Shown: positions 61,981-64,000 of the stretch, in pieces
Position numbering within the stretch: position 1 is the first letter of the stretch
Layout: every line of letters starts with the position of its first letter
Source: Octopus vulgaris
Lineage: Eukaryota
Assembly: GCA_951406725.2 (NCBI GenBank)
Contig: OX597823.1
Span: 38,750,001-38,814,000, forward strand
Length of the DNA: 64,000 nt
Direction: 5' to 3'
Notes under the pieces: generated by a model
The model's database searches: none
What the model was told of the DNA's origin: nothing
The model's input: the letters and a program-made list of their open reading frames with translations, nothing else
Made by a program: the position numbers and the translations under genes

Positions 61981-63322
61981 GGATAACTTATGGCAGGATT
62001 TCTTATTTAAAGCTAAGAGAACTGAAACAACATGAAATGGAGTGTTTTGCTCAAGAAAACAATACACTGCCAAGTCCAGGAATTGAAACAACGACCTGAC
62101 ATTTGAGTACAACATCCCAACTACTAGGCCATATACCTTTACAAGACACCTATAGTGGTCTATAAATTCACTTCGAAATTCTCATAAACACTTGCACGTT
62201 TATAAAACATTGTCTGGTCATTTATCTTTAATTGTCAATGTCTTGACTAATGTCTAAAATATTAAGTTTGCTCCTGAATTGTGGATTCTTTTTTTTTTTT
62301 TAGAGAAGGATTAGGATTAGGAGTAAAGGCCTATACTGCAAAGTAAATATAAAGTAGGATCAATACCACCCACCCAACATCTTTCACACACACACATACA
62401 ATGTCCCCACCTACATCTCTCACTTTCTCCTTGTCTCATATACACAAACACACACACGCAGAGCCCTACCATGCATTTCTCTCTCACACACATACATAAA
62501 GAAGAAGAAGCAAAATGGGAAAAGATTGCATAAAAAGTAATATAGAAAAATTGGGGACAAAAAAGTAAATGTAATAGACTTAAATAAACACAGAAACCAT
62601 CTTGAAAACAATTTTAGCAGACAAATATGCACAAATGCATGTATATATACGTGCATACATACATATACAAGCACACACATATATGTGCATACACATAGAT
62701 GTACATATATAGACAGGTGTAAAGAGATACATAAATGTTCAGCTCTACAGGCAGTAAAGTGACAGAAGGGTTACCATATTAAAGAAAATAAGCACATAAA
62801 GGGGCTTCTAGAACTAGTAGCTAAATCTCCCTCTAATCACACCCCATAGTTTTTAAAACAAAAGTTTTGTTAGATAATATAGTCATATATACATTGTATT
62901 TGAATAAAAAATGGAGTGATTGTGGCTGGAATATCTTTGATCATAGCTTTGCTTAATTTTGGCTGATAAAAATACCAAAAACAGCAGCAGAAGAAACAGT
63001 GAATCATAGTCAGTAAACAATGCATGCCAGAAATGTAAGACATTTTGTTGGTAGACCAAACAATGGCATTTGTTTCTATTCACCAATATTTGGATTCAAG
63101 TTTTGAGGAAGAAAAATGTTATGATAAAATGAAAGAAAAAACAATGAGAAGCAGTTATAGAAAAAGAAAACAGAACTATTAAGCATACTCCAGGTACAGA
63201 TGTGGCTGTGTGGTAAAGAAACTTGCTCCCCAACCTTGTGGTCTTGGGTTCAGTTCCACTGTGGCAACTTGGGCAAGTGTCTTCTACTATACCTCTGGGC
63301 CATCACACATACTTTTGCTCTG

Positions 63323-63365
<43 letters not shown>

Positions 63366-64000
63366 ATACATATATTAGTGTCTCCTAGTGCTGACATCAT
63401 GTGACTGCTGAAAGTGAGTATCACTGTCATGCAAGCAGTGTTGTTTGTTTCCAGTCATCTTTGAAACACAATCGGCCATGGGGAAATATTACTTTGCTTG
63501 GAAATGGGTAAAGGTGAGAGGCAAAGAGGGTATGAAACCATAGAAAATCTTATTCAATAAATTGCGTCTGACCCATGTCAGCATGGGAAAAGAGACTTTA
63601 AATGATGATAATGCATGACTTCAGTATCATATCTGGCAAGAGATTTCAATGTCTCAAGAAGTCCTCTCATGCTTATACAAGTTATGGGTTTTGATCTTCT
63701 CTTTCTTGAACACATACACATGTACATGCATACACTCACTCCCACTCTCTCTCTCTCACACACACACACAATGTTAAATAAATAATTATTCCTAAAGCAA
63801 GTACCTGCTGTGACAAAACTAAAATTATAGCATAAAAGCTGACATGCCCCAGTTCAGACATCAAATCCTTACAAATTCCATATTACCGGTGCACCCAGAC
63901 TTGAGAGCAACATCAAGGTGAAAGCAGGCATGCCACACAATCAGACATTAATTTCCAAACTGATTATTTTGTCATGACCCCAGTAACATTCTTTTGAAAA

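Overview
This is AT-rich, CpG-depleted, microsatellite-saturated eukaryotic DNA with no host protein-coding exon I can support, so it is most likely intronic or intergenic. The SINE families look like those I associate with Octopus (coleoid cephalopod); that is recognition, not a database result. Nearly all long ORFs in the track are microsatellite artefacts or transposon remnants. Retroelement content: three abundant tRNA-headed SINE families, decayed L1/Tx1, RTE and CR1/Jockey-type LINEs, Penelope-like fragments, and a Gypsy integrase fragment with an internal inversion. DNA-transposon content: several Tc1/mariner-superfamily remnants (mariner, Tc1, maT-like) with recognisable TIRs and TA duplications, plus MITEs with TTAA, TA, 8-bp and 9-bp target duplications. 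Most notable observations: (1) an intact-looking type I hammerhead ribozyme (24219-24304) in a ~310-bp non-coding element inserted in (TA)n, with further degenerate hammerheads elsewhere, one coupled to a tRNA-like unit behind a Penelope GIY-YIG domain; (2) two Tx1-type LINE copies stacked in a (TATC)n tract; (3) a patchwork SINE containing a 28S rRNA 5' fragment and a locally copied 61-mer; (4) an 8-bp-TSD MITE carrying TTAGGG repeats; (5) a ~550-bp foldback. All coordinates were read by eye, and boundaries of degenerate repeats are approximate.
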